Of a stretch of 64,000 nt of DNA, positions 43,459 through 53,640 are shown one piece after another (the first letter of the stretch is position 1; each line of letters starts with the position of its first letter). The stretch spans positions 438,123 to 502,122 of the forward strand of contig CAVXJW010000005.1 of assembly GCA_963762175.1 (NCBI GenBank), read 5' to 3'. Made by a program: the position numbers and the translations under genes. Under the pieces are notes generated by a model. That model made no database searches and was not told the DNA's origin. It saw nothing but the letters and a program-made list of their open reading frames with translations. Origin of the DNA: an uncultured Acidimicrobiaceae bacterium. Lineage in GTDB: Bacteria; Actinomycetota; Acidimicrobiia; Acidimicrobiales; RAAP-2.

Positions 43459-43915
43459 TCAGCGGTAGTAGCGGTAGACGACTTGGGCTACGCACGCCGG
43501 CTTCGGCGCGTCCTTGACCTCCATCACGAGGTCGTAGGTCACCTGCACCCCGCCGTCCGTCTCGTCGACGGCGGCGATGGTGACGCCCATGCGCAGCTCG
43601 GCGCCGACCGGCACGGGGGAGGGGAAGCGGACCTTGTTGCAGCCGTAGTTCACGCCGAACTTCGTGTTGTCGACGCGGATGACCTTGTTCAACAGCACCG
43701 GGGCGAGCGACAGCGTCAGGTAGCCGTGCGCGATGGCCACGCCGAAGGGGCCGCCCTTGGCCCGCTCGGGGTCGACGTGGATCCACTGGTGGTCGTCGGT
43801 GGCGTCGGCGAAGAGGTTCACCCGCTCCTGGGTGATCGGCTGCCATTCGGAATGGCCGAGCTCCGTGCCGACGAGCTCGTGGAAGCCGTCGACGCCGTCG
43901 ATCGACGGTGGTCAT
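43459..43915 (-). CDS. MaoC-family (R)-hydratase-like dehydratase; one shift near the 5' end (about 43900)
   Basis: FADATDDHQWIHVDPERAKGGPFGVAIAHGYLTLSL...VNYGCNKVRFPSPV. Confidence 0.8.
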
Positions 43916-43994
43916 GAAGCGCTCCTCGCTGGTCAGGGTCTGATTCCGCTGCAGGACGCTACCCGCGTGGGGGCACCTCACTACGCTGACCCTG

Positions 43995-44720
43995 GTGAGC
44001 TCAGTGCACGAGCACGACGCGACGCCGCCCCACCACCACCGGGACTTCCGCGGCGGCGGGGCCCGGGCGGCCGTCTTCGGGGTGAGCGACGGCCTCGTGA
44101 CCAACGTCTCGCTGGTCCTGGGCATGGCCGGGGCCAACCCGGGTGGCTCGATCGTGCGCCTGGCCGGGGTCGCCGGCCTGATCGCCGGATCCTTCTCCAT
44201 GGCGGCCGGCGAGTACCTCTCCATGACCGCCCAGCGCGAGCTGATGGAGCGCGAGCTGGAGGTCGAGCGCCGCTCGCTCGAGTCACAGCCCCGAGGGCGA
44301 GGCGGCCGAGCTGCGCGGCATGTACGTCCGCCGGGGCATCGACCCGGTGGTGGCCACCGACATGGTCAACGAGGTCATGCAGGACCCCGAGCTCGCGCTC
44401 GAGACCCACGCCCGCGAGGAGCTCGGGATCACGCCACAGCAACCTCGGCTCGCCCGTGGCAGGCGGCGGCGGCCTCGTTCGTCACGTTCGCCCTGGGCGC
44501 CTTCATCCCGTTGGCGCCCTGGCTCTTCACCTCGGGGACGACGGCCATCGTGCTGTCGGTCGTGCTGGGCGCGGTGGCGTCGCTGGCGGTGGGTGTGGTG
44601 CTGGCCCGCTACACCGAGCGACCGGTCGTGGTCTCCGCGCTGCGCCAATTGGCGGTGACGGTCGTGGCCGCCGGCGTCACCTTCGGCGTGGGGAAGGCGA
44701 TCGGGACCGGCGTCAGCTGA
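43995..44720 (+). CDS. VIT1/CCC1-family iron/manganese transporter; compensating pair of shifts (about 44285, about 44445)
   Basis: [19 protein letters not shown]...[14 protein letters not shown], a middle piece in another frame ([13 protein letters not shown]...THAREELGI), and C-terminal TM helices. Confidence 0.8.
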   Translation: MSSVHEHDATPPHHHRDFRGGGARAAVFGVSDGLVTNVSLVLGMAGANPGGSIVRLAGVAGLIAGSFSMAAGEYLSMTAQRELMERELEVERRSLESQPRGRGGRAARHVRPPGHRPGGGHRHGQRGHAGPRARARDPRPRGARDHATATSARPWQAAAASFVTFALGAFIPLAPWLFTSGTTAIVLSVVLGAVASLAVGVVLARYTERPVVVSALRQLAVTVVAAGVTFGVGKAIGTGVS

Positions 44721-45665
44721 GCGCGGCGCGCGCGGCGATAGGAGCGGTCGACGTGGTCGACCGTGAAGCCGAGCGAGCGGTAGAGCGCGACCGCCGCCTC
44801 GTTGGTGGCGTCGGTGTAGAGCATCCCGACGGTGATGCCCGCGCCCGGCCAGGTGCACCAGCCCGGCCACGGTGAGCGAGCGACCCCAGCCGTGGCCGTG
44901 GTGCCGGGGGTCGACGTCGATCACGTAGATCTCGCCCAGAACCGGGCGTGCGGTCGCGGTGGATCTTGGTCCAGCAGGCCCCGATCGAGGCCCGGACCGT
45001 CGGGGTCGTCGGCCACGAGGAAACCGTCGAGCTCGACCCAGTCGGCGGCCATGCGCTCGCGCGAGCTGCGCCACCGTCCAGCCACCCTGCTCGGGATGCC
45101 CGGCGAAGGCCCGGTTGTTCGTGTCCACCCAGCGCCTCGTCGTCCCGGCCCGGCACGAAGGGCCGGGTGCCGAGCGGGCGGCGTCGCCGCGAGCACGTCG
45201 TCGGATAGGGGGAGCGGCACGCGCATCTGGAGCAGGTCGCGCTCGGGGACGAAGCCCTCGGCGGCGGCCCGGTCGTCGTCGGCCGGGCCGTGGCCTGCAT
45301 GACCCACAGGTGGACGGGGCGCCGACGCCGGCGCCTCCTCCGCTGCCCGACGCAGCAGCGGCGGTCTCGAGCGCGGGCCCCGCCTCGCCGGGGTCGACCA
45401 CGACGTGCAGCACCGAGCGAGCCGTCGCGGGCGGGGGAGAGGATCGCGACGCCGGCCGGGTCGGTCCCACCGCCACGTGTGGCGCCGGCCCCGGGCCACG
45501 ACGATGCGCTCACCCTCGGGTGCCCCGGCCGGCTGGGTGGCGGCTAGCAGTTGCGGCTCGGGCAGCGCGGGGTGCTCGTCGCGCCGCGTCGGCCGCGCTC
45601 CAGCAGCGCCGTCGAAGCGGGAGCGTGCTCGTTCGGGGCAGGTCCCGGAGTTCGAACGTCGTCAT
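44713..45665 (-). CDS. mshD: mycothiol synthase (tandem GNAT); at least 5 shifts
   Basis: Pieces join as [75 protein letters not shown]. Start ATG giving MTTFELRDL at 45665. Confidence 0.75.
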
Positions 45666-45712
45666 GTCCGCAGCGTCCACTGCCGGCCAACGTAACCCGG
45701 TACCGTGAACCG

Positions 45713-46380
45713 GTGGCGAAGCCCAGGACAGCGAAAGGCCGGGCCCGGCTGACCGTGGAGCGCCTGGCCGAGGTCTACCCGGGCACGGCCACGGAACTGT
45801 GCGCACTGGACTTCAAGGACCCGTTCCAATTGCTGGCGGCCACGATCCTGTCGGCCCAGAGCACCGACGCCCGGGTCAACATGGTGACGCCGGTGCTCTT
45901 CGCCGCCTACCCCGACGCCGCCGCACTCGCGGCCGCGAACCCGGAGGACGTCGAGGAGACTCGTCCAGTCCACCGGTTTCTTCCGGGCCAAGACCCGCAG
46001 CCTCATCGGCATGGCCACGGCGGTGGCCGACCGCTTCGGGGGTGAGGTCCCCACCAAGCTCGAGGATCTGGTCACGATTCCGGGCGTGGGACGCAAGACG
46101 GGCAACGTGGTCCGCAGCGTGGCCTTCGGGCTCCCGGGCCTTCCCGTCGACACCCACGTGCTGCGGGTGAGCGAGCGGCTGCAGCCTCACGGAGGCCTTG
46201 GTGGGGCCGGCGAGACGGGACGCCGTCAAGGTCGAGCACGAGCTGAATTCGTTCATCCCGGCAGCGGAACGAGGAGCCTTCAGCCTCCGCGTGATTCTCC
46301 ACGGGCGGAGCACATGTGTTGCCCGAAAACCCCGTTGCGGCGCATGCCCTTTGGCCGATTACTGCCCTTCAGTACAGTAA
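45713..46380 (+). CDS. nth: endonuclease III; 2 shifts (about 45960, about 46190)
   Basis: PFQLLAATILSAQSTDARVN, LVTIPGVGRKTGNVV, PVDTHVLRV, FSLRVILHGRSTCVARKPRCGACPLADYC (4Fe-4S Cys cluster). Confidence 0.85.
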
Positions 46381-46465
46381 TCCGCGCGGCCGAGACCATT
46401 CGGCGCCCTTTTCGGCAATTCGTTGTACTCAAGGTGAAATCGCCATTCTCAGGGGCTACCATGGT

Positions 46466-46499
46466 TTTTGGAACCGGTTCCCGCCACCTGGTTCCAAAA
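46466..46499. promoter_or_regulatory. inverted repeat TTTTGGAACC-N14-GGTTCCAAAA containing the 12-bp palindrome GGAACCGGTTCC
   Basis: Exact arms at 46466-46475 and 46490-46499, with the palindrome at 46470-46481. Lies about 130-160 nt upstream of the RHH gene. Operator or RNA hairpin; function unknown. Confidence 0.5.
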
Positions 46500-46535
46500 G
46501 AGTCGTTGCTGGGATCCGCCTCCTGGCCGACTCGC

Positions 46536-46570
46536 CCAATGCCGGCCTTCGGGCCGGCATTGGTGTTTCC
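46536..46570 (+). terminator. strong hairpin CCAATGCCGGCC[TTCG]GGCCGGCATTGG followed by TGTTTCC
   Basis: Perfect 12-bp stem and UUCG tetraloop at 46536-46563 with a short U-rich tail. Plus-strand orientation only. Lies 156 nt after the nth stop. Confidence 0.5.
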
Positions 46571-46626
46571 GGGCAGGTGAGAGGGGTTGTGGCGGTTGGT
46601 ACTACTTCAGGTGTTACCCTCGATTC

Positions 46627-46895
46627 ATGGTGACGAAGCGGTCCGTCTCGCTCGACGACGAGGTGGCGTCCTCCGTCGAGGAGGCCGCCAAGCAGGATGG
46701 CGTCTCCTTCAGTGCCTGGCTCTCGTCGGCAGCTGAGAAACAGCTGCGAGTCCGCCAAGGACTGCGTGGCGTGGCGGCCTGGGAAGGGCGAGACGGGGTC
46801 GCTGAGCCCCGAGGAGCTGGCCGCCGGTGAGGCGTTGCTGGCCCGACTGCGCTCGGGCGTGTCCGGTGTGGCGTCGCGCGGTCCGGCGACGGTGA
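46627..46895 (+). CDS. ribbon-helix-helix (CopG/Arc-like) antitoxin candidate; +1 shift at about 46790; 3' end uncertain
   Basis: MVTKRSVSLDDEVASSVEEAAKQDGVSFSAWLSSAAEKQL is a typical RHH N-terminus. It continues in the next frame (TGSLSPEELAAGEALLARL). No clean stop before the PIN-like ORF. Confidence 0.6.
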
Positions 46896-47290
46896 CCGCG
46901 GCGCGCCGGGAGGGCCTCGTCTACGGATTGGGCGCGCTCCATGCGGCGGCCCGGGGCGATCGCATGATGTGGGCGCTGCACCGCGCCGCCCTGTCGAACG
47001 GGATCGTGCCGCTGATCCCGGCGGTGACGGTGGCCGAGGGCTACCGGACCGAGGCCCGCAGCGACCGCATCGGCGAGTTGTTGGCGGGGACGGAGGTCGA
47101 GCCCTTCAGCGGCGAGGCCGCCCGCCGCTCGGGTGAGATCGCGGCACGCTGCGACACGTCGGACCTCAGCGTCGTGGCCGTGGTCGAGGTGGCCGAGCGG
47201 CGCAACTGCGCCGTGGTGGCCCAGCGCCAGACCGTGCTGCGCACCGCGGCATCGCTGCTCGGGCACGAGCTCGTCCTCTACGCGGTCTAG
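46892..47290 (+). CDS. PIN-like domain protein (VapC-like fold; canonical acidic residues not evident)
   Basis: LVYGLGALHAAARGDRMMWALHRAALSNGIVPLIPAVTVAEGYR...LLAGTEVEPF...ARRSGEIAAR follows the layout of actinobacterial PIN toxins. Start GTG at 46892 chosen from size (133 aa). Confidence 0.5.
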   Translation: MTAARREGLVYGLGALHAAARGDRMMWALHRAALSNGIVPLIPAVTVAEGYRTEARSDRIGELLAGTEVEPFSGEAARRSGEIAARCDTSDLSVVAVVEVAERRNCAVVAQRQTVLRTAASLLGHELVLYAV

Positions 47291-47371
47291 CACTGGTCCC
47301 TCGCCGACGCCGGGCCGGCGCCACGACGGCGTGCGGGTCCGTGCCGCTCTCGGCGGCGTGCGTGCGCCCTG

Positions 47372-47572
47372 CTACCGGCGTCGTGCGTTCTGCCCTTGCT
47401 CGAAGCGCCGGAGGCGACGGAGCGCTCCACCCAGGGCGCGCTCGACGGCGATCAGCTCGTGGGCCATGTCCTCGTCGCCGCTCGCCAGCGAGCTCTCCGC
47501 CAGGGCCGTGACCCGGTCGTGCAGTTCCGAGAGGGTGGAGGAGAGGGAGGAGATCTCGGCGGCGGAAGTCAT
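47372..47572 (-). CDS. small helical hypothetical protein (66 aa)
   Basis: ATG at 47572. High G/C at third codon positions. MTSAAEISSLSSTLSELHDRVTALAESSLASGDEDMAHELIAVERALGGALRRLRRFEQ. No recognisable domain. Confidence 0.5.
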   Translation of the reverse strand: MTSAAEISSLSSTLSELHDRVTALAESSLASGDEDMAHELIAVERALGGALRRLRRFEQGQNARRR

Positions 47573-47665
47573 CCCCCGATGATGGCCGATGACGGGCGGG
47601 GCCGGGGCGCCCCGGACGGCGGGCGGAAAGGGGCCGAGGGAGCCCGCCGGTAGCCTTGTGGCCTC

Positions 47666-48994
47666 ATGTCCCTCCGTACCCTGGACCTCCGCGGCACCCT
47701 GCCGCCGTTCGAGGCCGCCCTGCCGCGCCCCGTCGACCCCGGGTCCGACGTGCACGACGTGGTGGCGGAGATCCTGCGCCAAGTCCGTGCCGAGGGCGAC
47801 CCTGCGCTGGTCCGCTACACCGCCGAGTTGGACAAGGTCGACGTGTCGGACGGCCTGCGGGTGCCTCCTGAGGAGATCGAGAAAGCCTGTGCCGACGCCG
47901 ACCCCGCCCTTTGGCGGGCGCTCGAGGTGGCCTTCGAGCGCATTCTGGCCTACCACGCGCACGAGGGGTCGCCGCCGGGTGACTTCGTCGAGGGCGGCAT
48001 CACCGTCGCGCACCTGACCCGCGCCGTGGAGCGGGCGGGCATCTACGCGCCCGGTGGACGCGCCCGTTATCCCTCCACCGTGCTCATGTGCGCGGCCCCG
48101 GCCCGGGTGGCCGGCGTCGGGAGCATCGCACTGTGCGTGCCGCCGGCCGCCGACGGCAGGATCGACACGGCGACGCTGTGTGCCGCTTCCATCGCCGGGC
48201 GTGGACGAGGTGTACCGGATCGGGGGAGCCCAGGCCATCGCCGCGCTGGCCTACGGCACGCGACAGCGTGCCCGCCGTCGACGTCATCGCAGGGCCGGGC
48301 AACGCCTACGTGGCCGAGGCCAAGCGCCAGCTGTCGGGGGTGGTCGGTGTGGCGTCGGCCTTCGCCGGTCCCTCCGAGATCGTGGTCGTGGCCGGGCCCG
48401 ACGCCCCGCCCGCCTTCGCCGCCGTGGACCTCGTGGTGCAGGCCGAGCACGGGCCCGACGGGCTGGCCTGGTTGGTGACGTGGGACGCTGCCCTGGCGGC
48501 GGCGGTCTCGGACGAGGTCGATCGCATCGTCGCCGCATCGAGCCGGCGGGCCGACCTGGAGGCCACGCTGGCGACGGCGGGCATCATCTGCCTGGTCGAC
48601 GGCCCGAGCTCAGGCGCTCGCCGTCTCCAACGCCATCGCGCCCGAGCACCTGCAGCTGATGGTGCCGGACGACGACGGGCCGGCACTGCTCGACCTGGTG
48701 CAGAACGCCGGCGCCGTCTTCATCGGGCCGTGGTCGCCCGCCAGCATGGGCGACTACATCGCCGGCCCGAACCACGTGCTGCCCACCAACCGGACGGCGC
48801 GCTTCGCCTCGGCGTTGCGGGCCGACGACTTCCGCAAGCACGTGCACGCGGTGCGGGTGTCGCCCGGCGCGCTGCGCGCGCTCGGCCCCCACGTCGTCAC
48901 GCTGGCCGAGACGGAGGGCCTGCCGGCCCACGCCGACTCGGTGCGCCTCCGCCTCGACGCTCTCGACCAGGCCGACGGAACGGCCACACCGTGA
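47666..48994 (+). CDS. hisD: histidinol dehydrogenase; three +1 shifts (about 48205, 48262, 48610)
   Basis: VAEILRQVRAEGDPALVRYT, GIYAPGGRARYPSTVLM, VDEVYRIGGAQAIAALAYGT, AGPGNAYVAEAKR, VVQAEHGPD, APEHLQL, GDYIAGPNHVLPT. Confidence 0.88.
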
Positions 48995-50055
48995 GCGCCG
49001 TCCCGCCGGTGCGCCCCGACCTCCAGCTGACCGAGGGCTACCACTCGCCGCAGGTCGACGCGGAGGTGCGTCTCAACACGAACGAGTCGCCGTTCGCGCC
49101 GCCCGACGCGTGGCGCGAGGAGCTGCTCGCTGCGTTGGCGGACGTGTCGTTCCACCGCTACCCCGACCGGCCGGCCACCGAGCTCCGCCAGGCCGTGGCC
49201 GACCTGCACGGGGTCACGCCCGGCGAGGTCTTCTGCGCCAATGGCTCGAACGAGGTCCTGCAGTCGCTGCTCCTCGCCTTCGGCGGCCCGGGGCGGCGCG
49301 CGCTCGTGTTCGAACCGACCTACGCGCTGCACTCGCACATCGCGCGCATCGCCGGGACCGGGGTCGTCGAGGGCGCCCGTGACGACGATTTCCTGATCGA
49401 CCCGACCGATGCGCTCGAGCTCCTGGCGGCCCAGCGGCCCGACATCACCTTCCTCTGTTCGCCCAACAACCCGACGGGCCGGGCCGAGCCGCCCGAGACC
49501 GTCGCCTCGGTCGTCACGGCGGCGCCGGGCCTGGTCATCGTCGACGAGGCCTACGGGCAGTTCTCGCCCTGGTCCGCCCTGGCGCTGCGCGGTCCGGACA
49601 GCCCCGGGCTCGTCGTGACCCGCACCTTCTCGAAGACGTGGGCCATGGCCGGCGCGCGGCTGGGCTACCTGGTGGCGGATCCGGCCGTCGTCGCCGCCTG
49701 CGAGGCGGTCGTGCTGCCCGTACCACCTCTCGGCCCAGACGCAGATCGCCGGGCTGGTCGCGCTCCGCCACGTGCCCGAGATGGAGGCGCGGGTGGCCCG
49801 GATCTCCGAGGAGCGGGGAGAGTCGCCGCTGCGCTGGGCGACCTGCCGGTGGACAGCTGGCCGTCCGACGCCAACTTCATTTTGTTCCGGCCTCGCGACC
49901 GCGACGCGTCCGACGTGTGGCAATCGCTGCTCGACGACTCCATCCTCATCCGCAACTGCGCCAGCTGGGACGGTCTGCGTGGCTGCCTGCGTGTCACCAT
50001 CGGGACGGCCGACGAGAACGACCGCTTCCTCCGCGCCTTGAAGGAGAGCCTGTGA
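48991..50055 (+). CDS. hisC: histidinol-phosphate aminotransferase; compensating shifts (about 49722, about 49815)
   Basis: GTG overlaps the hisD stop. RLNTNESPFAPP, YPDRPATELR, CSPNNPTG, VIVDEAYGQF, TFSKTWAMAGARLGY, NFILFRP. Confidence 0.88.
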   Translation: MSAVPPVRPDLQLTEGYHSPQVDAEVRLNTNESPFAPPDAWREELLAALADVSFHRYPDRPATELRQAVADLHGVTPGEVFCANGSNEVLQSLLLAFGGPGRRALVFEPTYALHSHIARIAGTGVVEGARDDDFLIDPTDALELLAAQRPDITFLCSPNNPTGRAEPPETVASVVTAAPGLVIVDEAYGQFSPWSALALRGPDSPGLVVTRTFSKTWAMAGARLGYLVADPAVVAACEAVVLPVPPLGPDADRRAGRAPPRARDGGAGGPDLRGAGRVAAALGDLPVDSWPSDANFILFRPRDRDASDVWQSLLDDSILIRNCASWDGLRGCLRVTIGTADENDRFLRALKESL

Positions 50056-50654
50056 CCACCGAACCCCGCCGCGCCAGTACGGCCCGCACCACCAAGGAGA
50101 CGACGATCGACGCCGAGCTGGTGCTCGACGGCTCGGGCCGCACCGACGTCTCGACCGGGCTGCCGTTCTTCGACCACATGGTCGAGCAGCTGGGCCGCCA
50201 CGGCGGCTTCGACTTGACGGTGCACGCCACGGGCGACCTGCACGTCGACGCCCATCACACCGTGGAGGACGTCGGCATCGTCCTGGGCGCCTGCCTGGCC
50301 GAGGCGCTCGGCGACAAGGCGGGCGTGCGGCGGTTCGCCTCCATGCTGCTGCCGCTCGACGAGGCCCTCATCGAGGTGGCCCTCGACCTGTCGGGCCGGC
50401 CCTTCCTGGCCTATTCGCTCGACTTCGCCCCCGACACGCCCGGGCTGGGCAGCCCGCCCTTCAACCCGCAGCTGGCCGAAGAGTTCTGGCGCGCCTTCGC
50501 CACGGCCGCCAACATCACGCTGCACATCAGGCGGCTGGAGGGGAAGAACACGCACCACATGCTGGAGGCCAGCTTCAAGGGGGTGGCCCGCTGCCTGCGC
50601 GACGCCGTACGCGTGGAGGGGGGTGGCATTCCCTCCACCAAGGGAAGTCTGTGA
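50052..50654 (+). CDS. hisB: imidazoleglycerol-phosphate dehydratase
   Basis: TKETTIDAELVLDG, GLPFFDHMVEQL, DLHVDAHHTVEDVGI, GKNTHHMLEASFKGVARCLR. Confidence 0.93.
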   Translation: MTTEPRRASTARTTKETTIDAELVLDGSGRTDVSTGLPFFDHMVEQLGRHGGFDLTVHATGDLHVDAHHTVEDVGIVLGACLAEALGDKAGVRRFASMLLPLDEALIEVALDLSGRPFLAYSLDFAPDTPGLGSPPFNPQLAEEFWRAFATAANITLHIRRLEGKNTHHMLEASFKGVARCLRDAVRVEGGGIPSTKGSL

Positions 50655-51281
50655 CGGCGGCGCCGCGCATCGCCGTCCTCGACTACGGCATCGGCAACCT
50701 CCGCTCGGCCGAGAAGGCGCTGCAGCACGTCGGTGGATCAGCACGCCTGGTCGACGACGCGGCCAGCGTGGCGGCCGCCGATGCCGTCGTGCTCCCGGGC
50801 GTAGGGGCCTTCGGCGCCTGTGCGCGGGCGTTGCGCGACAGCGGCTTGGAGGAGGCGGCCCGCGCCGCCGTGGCGGACGGCAAGCCGTTCTTCGGCGTCT
50901 GCGTCGGGTTCCAGCTGCTCTACGAGGGCTCGGTCGAGAGTCCGGGTGCCAGCGGCCTCGGGGTGTTTCCGGGCACCGTGGCGCCGTTGCCGGCCGGCGT
51001 GAAGCACCCGCAGATGCAGTGGAACACGCTCGAGGTGCGCGGCGGCGGCGAGCCGGCGCCGTTGCGCGGGCTGGGTGAGCGGCCCTGGGTCTACTTCGTG
51101 CACTCGTTCGCGCCGCCGGTCGGCGCCGAGACCGTGGCGGTGTGCGACTACGGCGGCGACGTCGCGGCGCTGGCCGCCCGCGGCGCGCTGTGGGGCGCGC
51201 AGTTCCACCCGGAGAAGTCGGGCAGCACCGGGTTGGCGCTGCTTGGCCAACTTCGTCGAGGCAGCAAAGGCGGCGGCGTGA
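50651..51281 (+). CDS. hisH: imidazole glycerol phosphate synthase, glutaminase subunit; +1 shift at about 51245
   Basis: IAVLDYGIGNLRSAEKAL, VLPGVGAFG, FFGVCVGFQLL, VPQMQWN-like HPQMQWN, YFVHSF, GAQFHPEKSG. Confidence 0.9.
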
Positions 51282-52040
51282 TGGAGCTCCTCCCGGCCAT
51301 CGACCTGCGCGCCGGGACGGCGGTGCGCCTCACGCAGGGCGACTTCGGGCGCGAGGAGCGCTACGGCGACCCCGCCGCTCTCGCCGCCGGCTACATCGCC
51401 GGCGGGCGCGCGCTGGATCCACGTGGTCGATCTCGACGCCGCCCGCACCGGCGTGCCGCACGAGCGCGCCGTCCTGGGCCAGATTGTGCAGCTGGCTGCG
51501 GCGGCCGGTGTCAGCGTGGAGTTCGGCGGGGGCGTCCGCTCCGAGGACGACGCCGAGGAGGTGCTCGACTCCGGTGTGGCCCGCGTGGTCCTCGGCACCG
51601 CCGCGCTCGAGGAGCCGGCGATGGCGGGCCGGTGCGCCCGCCGCTGGCCCAACCGTGTGGCCGTCGGCCTCGACTACCGCGTCGGCGCCGACGGGGTCGC
51701 CGAGGCGCAGGCGCAGGGCTGGCTGGCCGGTTCAGGGCTCGCCGTCACGGAGCTCCTCGAACTCTGGGAGAAGGAGCCCATCGGCGCCGTCGTGGCCACC
51801 TCGGTCGCGCGTGACGGCATGCTCGAAGGACCCGACCTGGCCGGCCTGCGGGCCCTGATGGAGGCGACCTCGCTGCCCGTCGTGGCCTCGGGGGGCGTGT
51901 CGGGCGCGGCGGACCTGGTGGCCCTGGCCGGCCTGACCGCCCGGGGGCGCAGCCTGACCGGGGCCATTGTCGGCAAGGCGATCGTCGAGGGCCGGCTCAG
52001 CGTGGAGGAAGGGGTTGCCGCGTGCGCAGCGTCCGCCTGA
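51281..52040 (+). CDS. hisA: ProFAR isomerase HisA (PriA-type bifunctionality not assessable from sequence alone); +1 shift at about 51412
   Basis: [77 protein letters not shown]. Confidence 0.88.
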
Positions 52041-52795
52041 TCCCCTGCCTGGACGTCACCGGAGGCCGCGTCGTCAAGGGTGTGCGGTTCGTCGACCTGA
52101 CCGACGAGGGCGACCCCGTGGAGCTGGCGGCGCGCTATGACGCCGAGGGCGCCGACGAGGTCACCTTCCTCGACATCACGGCGTCTTCCGACGGCCGCGA
52201 CACGATGGTGTCGGTGGTGTCGCGCACAGCCGAGCAGGTCTTCATCCCCTTGACGGTGGGGGGTGGCGTCCGGGTGGCGGAGGATGCACGCCGCCTCCTC
52301 CGGGCCGGGGCGGACAAGGTCGCGGTGAACACGGCCGCGGTTGAACGTCCCGAACTCGTGCGCGACATCGCCGACGAGTTCGGCGGCCAGTGCGCCGTCG
52401 TGGCCATCGACGCACGGGCGCGGGCTGGGGTCGACGGCGCCGGCGGTTGGGAGGTGCACACGCACGGCGGACGGACGCCGGTCGGCCGCGATGTCGTGGC
52501 GTGGGCCGTCGAGTGCGCGGCCAACGGGGCCGGCGAGATCCTCCTCACGTCCATGGACCGCGACGGCACGCGCGACGGCTTCGACCTGGCACTGATCCGG
52601 GCCGTGGTCGGCGCCGTCGACATCCCCGTCGTGGCGTCCGGGGGCGTGGGCGGGTTGCAGGACCTCGTCGACGGTGCCGTGGAAGGTGGCGCCGACGCCG
52701 TCCTGGCGGCATCGATCTTCCACCGCCGCGAGTTCACCATCGGTGAGGCCAAGGCCTTCATGGCGGCGCACGGGGTCACGGTCCGACCGGCGTAG
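52022..52795 (+). CDS. hisF: imidazole glycerol phosphate synthase, cyclase subunit
   Basis: [88 protein letters not shown]. Confidence 0.93.
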   Translation: MRSVRLIPCLDVTGGRVVKGVRFVDLTDEGDPVELAARYDAEGADEVTFLDITASSDGRDTMVSVVSRTAEQVFIPLTVGGGVRVAEDARRLLRAGADKVAVNTAAVERPELVRDIADEFGGQCAVVAIDARARAGVDGAGGWEVHTHGGRTPVGRDVVAWAVECAANGAGEILLTSMDRDGTRDGFDLALIRAVVGAVDIPVVASGGVGGLQDLVDGAVEGGADAVLAASIFHRREFTIGEAKAFMAAHGVTVRPA

Positions 52796-52825
52796 GCGTG
52801 CCCGCTGACCTGGGAGGGCGCAATC

Positions 52826-53221
52826 GTGCGGTACCGTGCCTGTGTGCCCACGTCGACGACGAAGGACGGGTTGAGCCGCGCCAAGACCGAAAAGCCCGAG
52901 GTGAGTGAGGACAAGCAGCCGATCTCGGTCCTGTTCGACCGGGTGATGGTGCAGATCTCGCAGACGGACGGCGAGCGCCGCTCTCGTGCCGGCATCCTCA
53001 TCCCGGCCACGGCGCAGATCAGCCGCCGGCTGACGTGGGCCGAGGCGGTGGCGGTCGGGCCGCACGTGCGGACGGTGAAGGTGGGTGACACCGTGCTCTT
53101 CAACCCCGAGGACCGCTTCGAGGTCGAGGTGCACGGCGAGGAGTACGTGATCCTGCGCGAGCGCGACATCCACGCCATCGCGTCGCCCCGCAACGACAGC
53201 GGCACGGGGCTCTACCTGTGA
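52826..53221 (+). CDS. Cpn10/GroES-like family protein (alternative start GTG at 52844)
   Basis: [32 protein letters not shown]...[45 protein letters not shown] follows the GroES beta-barrel pattern, with an N-terminal extension. Confidence 0.65.
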   Translation: MRYRACVPTSTTKDGLSRAKTEKPEVSEDKQPISVLFDRVMVQISQTDGERRSRAGILIPATAQISRRLTWAEAVAVGPHVRTVKVGDTVLFNPEDRFEVEVHGEEYVILRERDIHAIASPRNDSGTGLYL

Positions 53222-53634
53222 GCGCGTCGGGAGCCGGCAACGGCACCGGGACCGTGCCCGAGGGGATCCCGTTGACGTTCGACGAGGAGCTGGCGCGCTT
53301 CGTCGACTTCGGCAAGGACGGCGGGCTCGTGCCGGCCGTCGTCCAGGACGCCGCCGACGGCACCGTCCTCACGGTCGCCTACATGGACAGCGAGGCGCTT
53401 CGCCGGACGCTCGAGACCGGACGGACCTGGTTCTACAGCCGGAGCCGCCAGGAGTACTGGCAGAAGGGCGAGACGTCGGGCGACCGCCAGTACGTGCGCG
53501 AGGTGCGCGTCGACTGCGACGGCGACGCACTGGTGATCCTGGTGGACCAGCACGGCCGAGGGGCCTGCCACACCGGGGAGCGCACCTGCTTCTACCGGAG
53601 CATCGGCAGCGGCCCGGGAGTGCCGGCGCCGTGA
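53218..53634 (+). CDS. hisI: phosphoribosyl-AMP cyclohydrolase
   Basis: [71 protein letters not shown]. Confidence 0.9.
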   Translation: MSASGAGNGTGTVPEGIPLTFDEELARFVDFGKDGGLVPAVVQDAADGTVLTVAYMDSEALRRTLETGRTWFYSRSRQEYWQKGETSGDRQYVREVRVDCDGDALVILVDQHGRGACHTGERTCFYRSIGSGPGVPAP

Positions 53635-53640
53635 CCCCCG

